A stretch of DNA of 64,000 bases from Alphaproteobacteria bacterium (GCA_964291675.2 OZ219866.1:384001-448000); one strand, 5' to 3'; positions 19,709 to 30,079 are shown, numbered from the stretch's first letter. Made by a program: numbers and translations. Notes: generated by a model not told the origin, from the sequence alone.

Positions 19709-19732
19709 CGCCGGGCCGGAAACGGCCCGGCG
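19709..19732. terminator. Hairpin between convergent genes (possible bidirectional terminator)
   Basis: CGCCGGGCCG-GAAA-CGGCCCGGCG perfect 10-bp stem; no long U tract. Confidence 0.55.
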
Positions 19733-19744
19733 CTTCGCGACGCT

Positions 19745-20458
19745 TCAGCCCCGGAACAGGGGCCCGAGCGACTCGGGCGCGGCGTCGTTGCCGACGGCGC
19801 GCAGCGCCGACCAGAGGATGGTCTGGTTGGAGCTCAGCACCGGGCGGCCGGTCGTCGTCGCGAGCGCGCCGAGCGAGGCGAAGGTGGGGAGGTCGGTGGC
19901 GAGCAGCACCACCGCATCCGAGTCGCCGAGGTCGAGCCGTTCCACCAGCCCGCGCAGACGACTGGCATCGACCCTCGGGACATCGGCCATCTGGCGGATG
20001 TCGAGGGTCGCGTCGTCGGTGACCTGGAACCCGCGATCGGCGAAGAACGGCGGCGCGAGTGCGTGGATCGCCGCCGGATAGGGCGTCCCCAGGGCGAAAC
20101 GGCAGACCCCGAGATGCGCCAGCGCATCGCGCAGCGCCGTCCAGGCCGAGATGCACCGGCAGCCGGTGCGCGCGGCGATCTCCCCGGTGCGCGCCTCGTT
20201 CCAGCCGGGCTCCATGATGAAACTCGTCACCATGTCGGCGTAGACGATGACGTCGACCCCGGTCGCCGCGAGCTCGTCGACCGCGCGGTCGACGTTTTCC
20301 TCCATCGCGTGCACCGCTGCCGGCGTCAGCTCCCCCTTGGCGAGGATTCTCGTGGCGTAGAGCGCGACGCCTGCGGGCAGGACCGACCACAGCTCCGGCT
20401 CCAGCACCCCGTTATTGGCCGGCACGACGAGGCCGATCCGTCCCGCTTCTCCGAACAT
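19745..20458 (-). CDS. Maleate isomerase / Asp-Glu racemase / arylmalonate decarboxylase family protein
   Basis: RIGLVVPANNGVLEPE, LGTPY, PVLSSNQ; the usual catalytic Cys positions read YADMVTS and LLATDL. Confidence 0.8.
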   Translation of the reverse strand: MFGEAGRIGLVVPANNGVLEPELWSVLPAGVALYATRILAKGELTPAAVHAMEENVDRAVDELAATGVDVIVYADMVTSFIMEPGWNEARTGEIAARTGCRCISAWTALRDALAHLGVCRFALGTPYPAAIHALAPPFFADRGFQVTDDATLDIRQMADVPRVDASRLRGLVERLDLGDSDAVVLLATDLPTFASLGALATTTGRPVLSSNQTILWSALRAVGNDAAPESLGPLFRG

Positions 20459-20461
20459 CGT

Positions 20462-21820
20462 TCAGCTCCAGTCCACCGCGCCGCGGCGCAGCCACCGCCC
20501 CGCCGGCGCGCCGCCGACATGGCGGCCGTCCTCCGCGATCACCCGGCCGCGCAGCACGGTGAGCACCGGCCAGCCGCGCAGCGTCGTCCCCTCGAAGGGG
20601 GAGCGTGCCGCCCGGGAGCGGATGGCGCCGCCATCGACGGTCCGCGCGAGCGCCGGGTCGAGCAGGACCAGGTCGCCGTCCGCCCCGATTGCGAGCCGGC
20701 CCTTGCGGTCGGCGATGCCGAACAGCCGGGCGGGGATCGCGCACAGCGCCGCCGCGACCCGCGTCCACGGGATCTCCCCCGCGGCGGCGAGATCGGCCAC
20801 CGCGGGCACGATGGTGTCGAGCCCGGGCGTGCCGCCGGGCACCGCCCAGGGCGACGGCCGGTCCTTCTCTTCGACGGCGTGCGGCGCGTGGTCGGAGCCC
20901 ACGAAATCGGCCGCGCCCGAGGCCAGAGCCGCGCGCGCGGCCGCACAATCGTCCGGGCTTCGCAGCGGCGGCACCATCAGCGCGAACGGCCCGTGCCGGC
21001 CGACCGCGCCGTCATCGAGGCGGAGGTGATGGGGGGTAACCTCGACGGCGACGGCGAGGCCGGGATCGTCGCGGCGGGCGGCCTCGATCATGGCGAAGCC
21101 TCGTGCGGTGCACACCTGCCGGGCGACGATCCGGGCACCGGTCGCGCGCGCGACCTCGATCAGCCGGGCGAGCCCCGTCGCCTCGCCGATTGGGTCTCGC
21201 GCCTCCGCAAAGGCGGCGAAATCGGTGCGCCCCGAGAGCCGCTCCAGCGCGGCGGCGACCATGGACCGGTCGCCGGTATAGACGCCGATCACACCGCCGC
21301 AGGAGGCGACCGCCTCCGCCGCCCGGACGAGGCCGTCGCCGTCGAGCAGCATCGTTTCCGGGGCGTCGGACAGCAGCGCCTCGAAGGAGCTCACGCCCAG
21401 ATCCCAGAGGGCGGGAAGGTCGGCGATGTTGTCCGGCGTGACCCCGGCCTGGACGGTGAAGTCGACCAGGCTCGCCCCCTCCCCCGCTTTGCGCATCGCG
21501 GCGATTCCCTCCGCCCCATCGGCCGGCGGATCGGTGTTCGGCATGCACATCACCGTCGTCACCCCGCCGCAGGCGGCGGCGAGCGTTCCGGTCGCGAAGG
21601 TCTCCTTGTGCGGATAGCCGGGGTCGCGCATGTGCACATGGGCGTCGATGAAGCCGGGGAACAGGAGCCGTCCACCCGCGTCGATGACGGTGTCCGCCAC
21701 CGGCCGGTCATCCGCCTCGACCAGGGCCGCGATGCGCCCGTCATCGCCGACGACGATGCCGCCCGGCCGTTCCCAGGCCTCGGTCACCAGATGCGCGTCG
21801 TGTATCGCGAGCAGTGCCAT
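20462..21820 (-). CDS. Cyclic amidohydrolase (dihydroorotase/allantoinase family)
   Basis: PGFIDAHVHMRDPG, GGVTTVMCMPNT, EVTPHHL, PPLR, GSDHAPH, KGRLAIGADGD. Confidence 0.88.
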   Translation of the reverse strand: MALLAIHDAHLVTEAWERPGGIVVGDDGRIAALVEADDRPVADTVIDAGGRLLFPGFIDAHVHMRDPGYPHKETFATGTLAAACGGVTTVMCMPNTDPPADGAEGIAAMRKAGEGASLVDFTVQAGVTPDNIADLPALWDLGVSSFEALLSDAPETMLLDGDGLVRAAEAVASCGGVIGVYTGDRSMVAAALERLSGRTDFAAFAEARDPIGEATGLARLIEVARATGARIVARQVCTARGFAMIEAARRDDPGLAVAVEVTPHHLRLDDGAVGRHGPFALMVPPLRSPDDCAAARAALASGAADFVGSDHAPHAVEEKDRPSPWAVPGGTPGLDTIVPAVADLAAAGEIPWTRVAAALCAIPARLFGIADRKGRLAIGADGDLVLLDPALARTVDGGAIRSRAARSPFEGTTLRGWPVLTVLRGRVIAEDGRHVGGAPAGRWLRRGAVDWS

Positions 21821-21905
21821 CTCTCTCCCCGGCAAACTATGCCACAGCGGGCGCGCGTTGACCCGGGATCGCGCGGGCGATATCGGTGGCGGGGGAGGTT
21901 CGCCG

Positions 21906-22910
21906 GTGCAGCTCCGAATCCTGACCGAGACCGACGTCCGGTCGCTGATCGACATGGATGCGGCGATCCCGATCCAGGAGGAGGCCTTCGCCCGGCTCGC
22001 CGCCGGCGAGAGCGTCGAGGGGTTGCGCAGCTTCGTGGTCTCGGAGAGCCCGCCCGGGGTCGCCATCTTCAACCCGTGCTTTCTTCGCAACGGCGGCGGC
22101 TACGGGGTCAAGGTGGTCTCCGACTTCTTCGGCAACACCGCGCGCGGGGCGGCGCGGATGTCGGCCCTCGTCACCCTGTTCGACGGCCAGACCGGCCATC
22201 CGCGGACGGTGATGGAGGGCGGCTACCTGACCGATCTCAGGACCGGGGCGGGGACCGGCGCCGCCGCGCGCCGCCTCGCCCGGCCCGATTCCCGCGTCGT
22301 CGCCGTGGTCGGCGCCGGCAGGGTCGCGCGCAACCAGCTCCTTGCGCTGGCGCGGACATTCGACATCGAACGCGTGCTCATCGCCGGGCGCAGTGAGTCC
22401 CGCGCCCGCGCCTTCGCCGAGGAGGTGCGGGGCGAGCACGGCCTGCCCGACGACGCGATCCTGGCGCGCTCGGCGGCCGAGGCGGTGCGCGCGGCCGACA
22501 TCGTGGTCGCGGCGACGACCTCGTCCGAACCCGTGATATTCGGCCGCGATCTCCGCCCCGGCGCCTTCGTCGCCGCGGCGGGCGCCAACGTCGCGACTGC
22601 CCGGGAGGTCGACACCGAGACCGTGCGCCGCGCCGCCAGGCTCGCGATCGACAGCCCGGCCGACAGCCTGGCCAATGCCGGCGACCTCGCGATCCCGATC
22701 GCCGAGGGCGCGATCCGCGAGCAGGACGTGGCCGGGATCGCCGACATCATCGCCGGCACAAGGCCGGGACGGCAGACGGCGGACGAGATCGCCTATTACA
22801 AGTCGATCGGGCTGCCGATCCAGGACCTGATCACCGCCCAGCATATCGAGCGCCGCGCCATCGCCGCCGGCGCCGGGACGGTAATCGAGATGGGCGGCGA
22901 CCATGACTGA
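21906..22910 (+). CDS. Ornithine cyclodeaminase/mu-crystallin family protein
   Basis: GVKVVS, YLTDLRTGA, GAGRVA, YKSIGLPIQD; GTG start after GGGAGG. Confidence 0.88.
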   Translation: MQLRILTETDVRSLIDMDAAIPIQEEAFARLAAGESVEGLRSFVVSESPPGVAIFNPCFLRNGGGYGVKVVSDFFGNTARGAARMSALVTLFDGQTGHPRTVMEGGYLTDLRTGAGTGAAARRLARPDSRVVAVVGAGRVARNQLLALARTFDIERVLIAGRSESRARAFAEEVRGEHGLPDDAILARSAAEAVRAADIVVAATTSSEPVIFGRDLRPGAFVAAAGANVATAREVDTETVRRAARLAIDSPADSLANAGDLAIPIAEGAIREQDVAGIADIIAGTRPGRQTADEIAYYKSIGLPIQDLITAQHIERRAIAAGAGTVIEMGGDHD

Positions 22911-22931
22911 CCCGAGTATCGAGCCGGGCGC

Positions 22932-24167
22932 ATGACACCCGCTTCCCTTGCCTGCATCAGATGCGGCGAGACCCACCCGCTCGATGCCTTCGCGCGCGCC
23001 TGCCGCGCCTGCGCCGAGGCGGGCGTGACCGCGAATCTCGGCGTGGTCTACGGCGACGCGGCGCCGCCCAGCCGGGACGCCATCCCGGCCGGGCCCGCCA
23101 CGCTCTGGCGCTTCGCGGACGCGCTGCCGCTCGCCGCGGAAGACGCGGTGAGCCTGGGAGAGGGGATGACCCCCCTGGTCCCGGTCGCCGCGCCGAATTG
23201 CAGTTCGCTCTGGGTCAAGGACGAGACCCGCAACCCGAGCTGGTCGTTCAAGGACCGGCTGGCGAGCGTCGCGGTCTCCTGGGCGAAGAAGATCGGTGCC
23301 GGGGTCGTCGCCACCTCGTCGTCGGGCAATGCCGGGGCGGCGGCGGCTTCCTATGCCGCGCGCGCGGGCCTCCCCTGCGTGGTGCTCACCTTCCGGGGCG
23401 CCGCCGGGCCGATGGTCGGGCAGATCCGCGCGGCGGGTGCCATGGTCCTCGAATGCGCGGAGAAGGAAGACCGCTGGCGCATCCTGTCCCAGGCGGTGAA
23501 AGAGTTCGGCTGGTTCCCGACCTCGCCCTTCTTCGGACCGGCGGCGGGCAGCAACCCGATCGGCATCGAGGGTTACAAGACGCTGGCCTACGAGATCGCC
23601 GAAGGGCTCGGCTGGCGGGCGCCGGACTGGTGCGTGCTGCCGGTGTGCTACGGCGATGCGCTGTTCGGGCTGTGGAAGGGGTTCGACGAGATGCGGCGCT
23701 GGGGCTGGACCGAGGCAATGCCGCGGCTGGTCGCCGCCGAGGTGTCGGGCTCGCTCGCCGCCGGGCTGACGGGCGAGGAGCCGATGCCGCCGGCGGCGGG
23801 GCGCGACGGGGACTCGATCGCGGTTTCGATCGACATTGCGCGCAGCACCGCGCAGGCTCTGCTCGCGCTGCGCCGGACCGACGGCATCGCGGTCGCGCTC
23901 GACGACGCGGAGATCGCCGCCGCGCAATCCGCGCTCGCGCGGCGCGAGGGGCTGTTCGTGGAGGCCTCCTCGGCCGCCGCCTTCGCGGCTATCGAACGAC
24001 TGGGCGGCGCCGGCGCGTTCCGCGGCAGCGACAGCGTGGTCGCAATCGCCACCGCGTCCGGGCTGAAGGATATCGGTTCCTCCGCCGCCGACGCGCTGCC
24101 CGCGGCGGGTACGGATCTCGACGGCCTTCGCCGCGCGCTCAAGCAAGGCTACGGTTTCGATGTCTGA
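22932..24167 (+). CDS. Threonine synthase-like fold-type II PLP enzyme
   Basis: N-terminal CxxC/CxxC, SLGEGMTPL, KDETRNPSWSFKDR, SSSGNAG, EGYKTLAYE. Confidence 0.88.
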   Translation: MTPASLACIRCGETHPLDAFARACRACAEAGVTANLGVVYGDAAPPSRDAIPAGPATLWRFADALPLAAEDAVSLGEGMTPLVPVAAPNCSSLWVKDETRNPSWSFKDRLASVAVSWAKKIGAGVVATSSSGNAGAAAASYAARAGLPCVVLTFRGAAGPMVGQIRAAGAMVLECAEKEDRWRILSQAVKEFGWFPTSPFFGPAAGSNPIGIEGYKTLAYEIAEGLGWRAPDWCVLPVCYGDALFGLWKGFDEMRRWGWTEAMPRLVAAEVSGSLAAGLTGEEPMPPAAGRDGDSIAVSIDIARSTAQALLALRRTDGIAVALDDAEIAAAQSALARREGLFVEASSAAAFAAIERLGGAGAFRGSDSVVAIATASGLKDIGSSAADALPAAGTDLDGLRRALKQGYGFDV

Positions 24168-25092
24168 GCTCGGCGTCTCGCTGGACTGCTTCTCGCCGGC
24201 GCGCGAGATCGCCGCGCAGGCCCGCGCGGCGGAGGCCGGCGGGGCGAAGACGCTGTGGATCGCGACCCATCTGTTCCTGCGCGATCCCGTCGCGCTCGCC
24301 GGCGCCGCGCTGGCCGCGACGGAGCGGCTCGAGGTCGCGCTGATGGCGCTGAGCCCGTTCTCGATCCACCCGGTCTACGCGGCGATGACGGCGGCGACGC
24401 TCGACGAGCTCTATCCCGGGCGGGTGGTGCTCTCGCTCGGGGTCGGCGCGCCGGGCGATCTGGATGCCGCCGGGATCGTCGCCGAACGTCCGCTCGCGCG
24501 GCTCGCCGAGGCGATCGGGATCTGCCGCCGGCTCTACGCCGGGGAGACCCTCGACCACGCGGGCGAGGTCTACCGGATGGGCGGGCGCGGGCTGATCAAC
24601 GCGCCGCGCGACATCCCGATCGTGCTCGCCGCGTCCGGCCCGCGCATGCTGGGCCTCGCCGGGCGGGCGGCGGACGGCGTGCTGTTGTCGACCGCGGTCT
24701 CGGTCCCGTTCCTGCGCCAGTGCATCGCGCGGCTCGGCGAGAGCCAGGCGGCGCGCTACGGCCAGGTCTATACAAGGATCGGCGAGGCCCCGGCGGAGCT
24801 CAGGCGGGCGCTCGGCTTCGTGCTGCGCGGCGCCCATCACCGGGCCAATCTCGATGCCGCGGGCGTCGCGCTCGACCAGGACGCGCTGCGTACCGCCTAT
24901 GCCGCCGGGGACTGGGCGGCGGTGGAGCGGACGATCGGCACCGACGTGCTCGCCGCCCACGCCGCCTGCGGCACGGAGGAGACCGTGCGCGCGCGCATCC
25001 GCGAATACCGTGATGCCGGGCTCGACCAGGTCATCGTCGCCGGAATCACCGAGCCCGCGGAGATCGCCCGCGTGCTGCGCGCCATCGGCTGA
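24160..25092 (+). CDS. LLM-class oxidoreductase (Mer/F420-dependent-like subfamily)
   Basis: RDPVA, HPVYAAMTAATLDELYPGR, LAASGPRMLGLAGRAADGV. Confidence 0.8.
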   Translation: MSELGVSLDCFSPAREIAAQARAAEAGGAKTLWIATHLFLRDPVALAGAALAATERLEVALMALSPFSIHPVYAAMTAATLDELYPGRVVLSLGVGAPGDLDAAGIVAERPLARLAEAIGICRRLYAGETLDHAGEVYRMGGRGLINAPRDIPIVLAASGPRMLGLAGRAADGVLLSTAVSVPFLRQCIARLGESQAARYGQVYTRIGEAPAELRRALGFVLRGAHHRANLDAAGVALDQDALRTAYAAGDWAAVERTIGTDVLAAHAACGTEETVRARIREYRDAGLDQVIVAGITEPAEIARVLRAIG

Positions 25093-25100
25093 AGCCGAGG

Positions 25101-25212
25101 GTCCTTCGATACGCCCGCCTGCGGCGGGCTACTCAGGATGAGGTGAGGTTGGCGTGCCTCAAAAAAACTCTCCTCATCCCGAGTAGGCGCGCCAGCGCCG
25201 TATCGAGGGACG
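25101..25212. repeat. REP-doublet (REPIN-like) palindromic element, copy A
   Basis: CCTTCGATAC-hairpin-TACTCAGGATGAGG ... CCTCATCCCGAGTAG-hairpin-GTATCGAGGGAC. Confidence 0.9.
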
Positions 25213-25273
25213 CCGCGCCGCTTCGACTTCGCGGGGCGATGCTCTAGTCTTCCGGCGCTTTGGGGGTGACGAC

Positions 25274-25930
25274 ATGACGACCGAAAACCTGGTTCTCTGG
25301 GGCGCCGGCACGATGCGGACGCACCGCACGCTGTGGCTCGCCGAAGAGCTCGGCCTGGACTACGAGCACTGCCCGATCGGCCCGCGCACCGGCGAGACCA
25401 AGACCGACGAGTTCCTCGCCATCAACCCGCGCCACAAGATCCCGGCCATGGTCCACGGCGACATCTGCCTGACCGAGAGCGCCGCGATCATGAGCTACAT
25501 GAGCGAGACGTTCCCGGCACCGGATCGCGTCTTCGTGCCAAAGGATGCGCTCGGGCGGGCGCGGCTGCTGGAGTGGTGTTTCTTCACCATGAGCGAGCTC
25601 GACGCCAACGCGATCTACAGCATCCGGCGGCATGGCGACCTGGTCCAGGAATACGGCGCATCGCCGATCGCCGTGCGCGCGGCGATCGAGTATTTCGACC
25701 ACCAGCTCGAACGGATGAAGGAGCGGATCGTCGCGTCCGGCCGGTTCCTGATGGGGGAGAAGATCAGCATCGCCGACATCCTGTTCATGTCCTGCCTCGA
25801 CGCCGCCGAGCGCTACGAGCTCGCCCTGCCGGACTGGTTGCGCGACTACCGCATCCGCATGCGGTCGCGCCCGGCCTATGCGGAGACCTACCCGCGCAAC
25901 TATGGCGGCCGCGCCGCGCCGGAGGTCTGA
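25274..25930 (+). CDS. Glutathione S-transferase family protein
   Basis: FLAINPRHKIPAM, LTESAAI, SIADI. Confidence 0.9.
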   Translation: MTTENLVLWGAGTMRTHRTLWLAEELGLDYEHCPIGPRTGETKTDEFLAINPRHKIPAMVHGDICLTESAAIMSYMSETFPAPDRVFVPKDALGRARLLEWCFFTMSELDANAIYSIRRHGDLVQEYGASPIAVRAAIEYFDHQLERMKERIVASGRFLMGEKISIADILFMSCLDAAERYELALPDWLRDYRIRMRSRPAYAETYPRNYGGRAAPEV

Positions 25931-25933
25931 GCC

Positions 25934-27136
25934 ATGCCCGGACCGCTCGACGGGGTTCGCGTCCTCGACCTGACGACCATGGTCTCGGGCCCGGTGGCGA
26001 CGATGATGCTCGCCGACCAGGGCGCCGACGTGATCAAGATCGAATCGCCCGCCGGCGACATCATGCGGCAATACGGCCTCGTCCACCGCGGCATGTCGGC
26101 CTCGTTCCTGTCCTGCAACCGCTCGAAGCGCTCGCTCTGCGTCGACCTCAAGACCGAGGAGGGGCTCGCCATCCTGCGCCGGCTGGCGGCGACCGCGGAC
26201 GTGCTGGTGCAGAACTTCCGCCCCGGCGCGATCGAGCGCATGGGGCTCGGCGAGGACGCGGTCCGCGCGCTCAGGCCGGACATCGTCTTCGTCTCGATCA
26301 GCGGCTTCGGCGAGACCGGGCCCTACGCGCATCAGCGGGTCTACGATCCGATCATCCAGGCGCTCTGCGGCCTCTGCGACATCCAGGCCGACAACGAGAC
26401 CGGGCGCCCGCACATGGTGCGGACCATCGTCCCGGACAAGACGACATCGGTGACCGCGGCGCAGGCGATAACCGCCGCCCTGTTCGCCCGCGAGCGGACC
26501 GGCAAGGGCCAGCACATCCGGCTCGCCATGCTGGACACCATGGTCGCCTATCTGTGGCCGGAGGCGAGCTCGCCGCTCACCTTCCTGGAGAACGAGCAGG
26601 ACCCGGCGCAGCAACTGGCCGCGCCCGACCTGATATTCGGGACGACGGACGGCTACATCACCGCCGGCGCGGTGTCGGATTCCGAATGGGCCGGGATGTG
26701 CCGCGCCTTCGCCCGCGAGGACCTGATCGACGACCCGCGCTTCAACACCGCCGCCGCCCGCGTCCGCAACCGGGCCGAGCGCCGCACAATCATGAGCCGG
26801 GAGATCGCCAGGTGGCCGACGGCGGAAATCCTCGCCCGGCTCGACCGCGAGACCGTCCCCGCCGCCCCGGTGCTCGGGCGCTCGGCGGTGATCGAGGACG
26901 CCCAGGTGATCGAGAACCGGATCCTGGAGATCCGCGACGACCCCGAGCTCGGCCCGGTGCGCCAGCCCCGCCCGGCCGCCCGGTTCACGGAAACGCCCGC
27001 GGAAATCCGCTCGATGGCGCCCAGGCTCGGCGCCGACAACGCGGCGATCCTCGCGGAGCTCGGCTACAGCGAGGCGGAGGTGTCACGCCTCGACGAGACC
27101 GGCGTCCTGCACCGCCCGGAGACGGAGGCGGGCTGA
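25934..27136 (+). CDS. CoA-transferase family III (CaiB/BaiF)
   Basis: PLDGVRVLDL, GADVIKIE, NRSKRS, NFRPG, SGFGETGP, YDPIIQA. Confidence 0.93.
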   Translation: MPGPLDGVRVLDLTTMVSGPVATMMLADQGADVIKIESPAGDIMRQYGLVHRGMSASFLSCNRSKRSLCVDLKTEEGLAILRRLAATADVLVQNFRPGAIERMGLGEDAVRALRPDIVFVSISGFGETGPYAHQRVYDPIIQALCGLCDIQADNETGRPHMVRTIVPDKTTSVTAAQAITAALFARERTGKGQHIRLAMLDTMVAYLWPEASSPLTFLENEQDPAQQLAAPDLIFGTTDGYITAGAVSDSEWAGMCRAFAREDLIDDPRFNTAAARVRNRAERRTIMSREIARWPTAEILARLDRETVPAAPVLGRSAVIEDAQVIENRILEIRDDPELGPVRQPRPAARFTETPAEIRSMAPRLGADNAAILAELGYSEAEVSRLDETGVLHRPETEAG

Positions 27137-27184
27137 CGCCGCGCCGTCGCCCGCACCTGGATACGCGGCGTTGCCAGGCTGGGC

Positions 27185-27693
27185 TCACTTGTGGTCGTGG
27201 CGCTCCATGCCGGGGCCGCGCGCGGTGATCGGACGGACCGCCACCGGAACGGTGACCTTGCCGGCGTTTTGGAAGGTGAGGGTGAGAGGGAAGGTGCCAC
27301 CCTGCTCCGGCGGGCCGGCCAGCCCCATCAGCATCACGTGGTCGCCGCGGGCTTCAGCTCGGCGGCCTGGCCGGCGGGCACCGGGACCGAATCGATCCGG
27401 CGCATGCGCATCGCCCCGTCGCGCATCTCGTGGCTGTGCAGCTCGACACGCTCGGCGACGGGGGAGGACGCGCCGATGAGCCGGTCGGCCTCGGCGCCGG
27501 CATTGACGATCCCGAGATAGGCGGCCCCCGCCCGCGCCCCGCGCCCGATCCGTGCCCACGGCGCTTCTATCGTGAGGGATCCGAGCTTGTGCGCGGCCGG
27601 GCCGTCGTTCTGGGCGCGCGTTGCCGAGGCCGAAACCAGGGCGACCAGTCCCACGGCGGATACCACGGCCAGGGTCCGCAACAGTCTCGACAT
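27185..27693 (-). pseudogene. Copper chaperone PCu(A)C, frameshifted near 27349
   Basis: Frame 1: signal peptide, APWAR, ELHSHEMRDGAMRMR...ELKP. Frame 2: GDHVMLMGL...LTLTF. One G missing from the expected KPGGDH. Confidence 0.85.
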
Positions 27694-27725
27694 GGTATGT
27701 CCCCGCGTTCGAGCTGCCCTCAGTC

Positions 27726-30079
27726 TCAGCCGCCCGCCGCCTCGATCAGCGCCCTGAGCCTGGGCGGGGTCATGGGGTAGTCGGCGAGCTTGATGCCGAA
27801 GGGCGAGAGCGCGTCTTCGACCGCGGCGACGATGGCGGCGGCGGCTCGACCGCGGCGACGATGGCGGCGGCGGCGGGGACGGTGCCGCATTCGCCGACCC
27901 CCTTGACCCCCAGCGGGTTGATCGGCGAGGGGGTCTCCTCGTAGCGCAGGTCGAGCCGGGTGAGCTCGGCCGCCGTCGGCATCACGTAGTCGGCGAGCGT
28001 GGTGGTGAGCGGCTGGCCGGCGGAGTCGTAGCCCATCCACTCATAGAGCGCGTTGCCGATGCCGTGCACCACCCCGCCGGTCACCTGGCCGTCGACCAGC
28101 ATCGGGTTCACGATCCGCCCGCAATCGCTGACCACGACGTAGTTGAGGAACTCGACCGCCCCGGTCTCGACGTCGACCTCGACCTCGACGGCATGGACTC
28201 CGTTGGAATAGGCGAGCCCGGACGGCTTGAAGTTGACATTGGCCTCGAGCCCGGCCTCGATGCCCTCGGGCAGCGAGTAGCCGGGGACGCCGGAGGCCGC
28301 CTCGGCGACCTCGCTCATCGGCACGGCGAGATCGGGGGCGCCGGCGACGCGGACGATGCCGTCGACGATCTCGAGGTCCTCGGGCGCCGCCTCCAGCATG
28401 TGCCCGGCGAGCCTGAGCACCCTGTCGCGCACGTCCGTGGCGGCGATATGCACCGACGAGCCGGCGGTCACGGTCTGGCGGCTCGCGAACCCGCCGAGCC
28501 CGAGCGCGACGGTGCCGGTGTCGCCGCAGACGACGTCGATCCCGGCGGGCGCCACGCCGAGCGCCTCGCCGGCGATCTGGGCCAGAATGGTCTTCAGCCC
28601 CTGGCCGATGGCGAGCGCGCCGGTAAACACCCGCACCCGGCCCGAGCGGTCGATGCGCACGATGCCGGATTCGAACGGGCCGCGACCGGTCCCCTTGAGC
28701 CCGTTGGCGATGCCGAGGCCGAGATAGCGCCCCTCCGCGCGGGCGGCGCGCTGGCGCCCGGCGAAGCCCGCCCGGTCGACCGCGTCCAGCGCCATCGCCT
28801 GGCATTTGGGAAAGTCGCCGCTATCCGCCTTGACCGGCGTCCCGGCGCGGGTCTTGAGCGGCATCTCGTAGGGCATCGCCTCGGGCGGGATCAGGTTGCG
28901 CCGGCGGATCTCGCCGCGGTCCATGCCGAGCCCGTCGGCGGCGCGGTCGAGCATGCGCTCGACGATGTAGTTGCCCTCCGGATAGCCCGCCCCGCGCACC
29001 GGCATCGAGGGGACGGCGTTGGTCTCGACCACCTTCACCGCCAGCTCGTAGCTGGGGACGATATAGGCGCCGGGGACCGAGGTGGAGGCGTTGTAGGCGA
29101 GGTTGATGCCCTGCGGCGTGTAGGCGCCCTGGTCCTGCAGCATGGTGCCGCGGATGCCGAGCAACGCGCCGTCGGCAGCCACCGCGATCTCCATCTCCCA
29201 GTACTGCTCGCGCTCCTGGATCGACCCGGTGAAGTGCTCGCGCCGGTCCTCGATCCACTTGACCGGACGGCCGAGCAGCCGCGCGGCCAGCGCGACCACG
29301 AGCTCCTCGTTGTACAGCAGGTACTTGCAGCCGAACCCGCCGCCGACATCGGGGGCGACGACGCGGATGCGGCTCTCGTCCGCGCCGAGCATCCTGACCA
29401 GCCCGGCGCGCGCCTCGTGCGACATCTGGGTCGACATCCAGATCGTGGTGCGGTCCTCGACCGGGTCGTGGCGGGCCAGCGCCCCCCTGCCCTCGATCGA
29501 ATGCGCCGCGCCGCGGTGCTGGACGAAGCTCTCCTTCGCAACATGGGCGGCGCGGGCGAAGGCGGCGTCGCAATCGCCGTAGGACTGGCCGAACTCGAGC
29601 AGCACGTTGCTCTCCTGCCCGTTGCGGACCAGCGGCGCGTCCTCGCGCGCGGCTTCGCGGCAGCCCGCCACCGACGGCAAAGGCTGGTAATCGACCTCGA
29701 CCAGCGCGGCGGCGTCCTCGGCGAGATAGCGGCTGTCGGCGATGACGACGGCCACCGCCTCGCCGACATGGCTCACCTCGTCGGAAGCCAGCACGTAGGG
29801 GGCGACGTCGTCGGCAAGCTGGTCGGTCTTGAAGCCGAGCGGCATCCGCCGCTGGGTCAGATGCGGGCGGATCTCGTCCCAGCCATAGACCGCCTGCACG
29901 CCGTCCGCGCGCGCGGCGGCGGCGCCGTCGATGCCCGCGATCCGGGCGTGCGGATGCGGGCTGCGGACGAAGGCCGCGTGCAGCGTGCCCGGGATATGGA
30001 TGTCGTCGACGAACTGCCCGCGCCCGCGCAGCAGCGCCGGATCCTCGATCCGGCGGACCCGCTCTCCGATCGCGCGCAA
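27726..30079 (-). pseudogene. Xanthine dehydrogenase/CoxL-family molybdopterin large subunit; C-terminus frameshifted by a 29-bp duplication
   Basis: RIEDPALLRG, DVGGGFG, PVRGAGYPE, GGFASR, GVKGVGECG; native C-terminus EDALSPFG...MTPPRL lies in another frame ending at 27726. Confidence 0.88.
27817..27874. repeat. Perfect 29-bp tandem duplication
   Basis: TCGACCGCGGCGACGATGGCGGCGGCGGC at 27817-27845 and 27846-27874. Confidence 0.93.

Noticed and set aside
22932-24167. Housekeeping thrC assignment
   Set aside because: It is not next to hom and sits in a catabolic operon; the paralog function is unknown, so no gene symbol is given
27334-27360. Programmed ribosomal frameshifting in PCuAC or in the 50889 Mo subunit
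   Set aside because: No slippery heptamer or stimulatory element is evident, and these families are not known to use it
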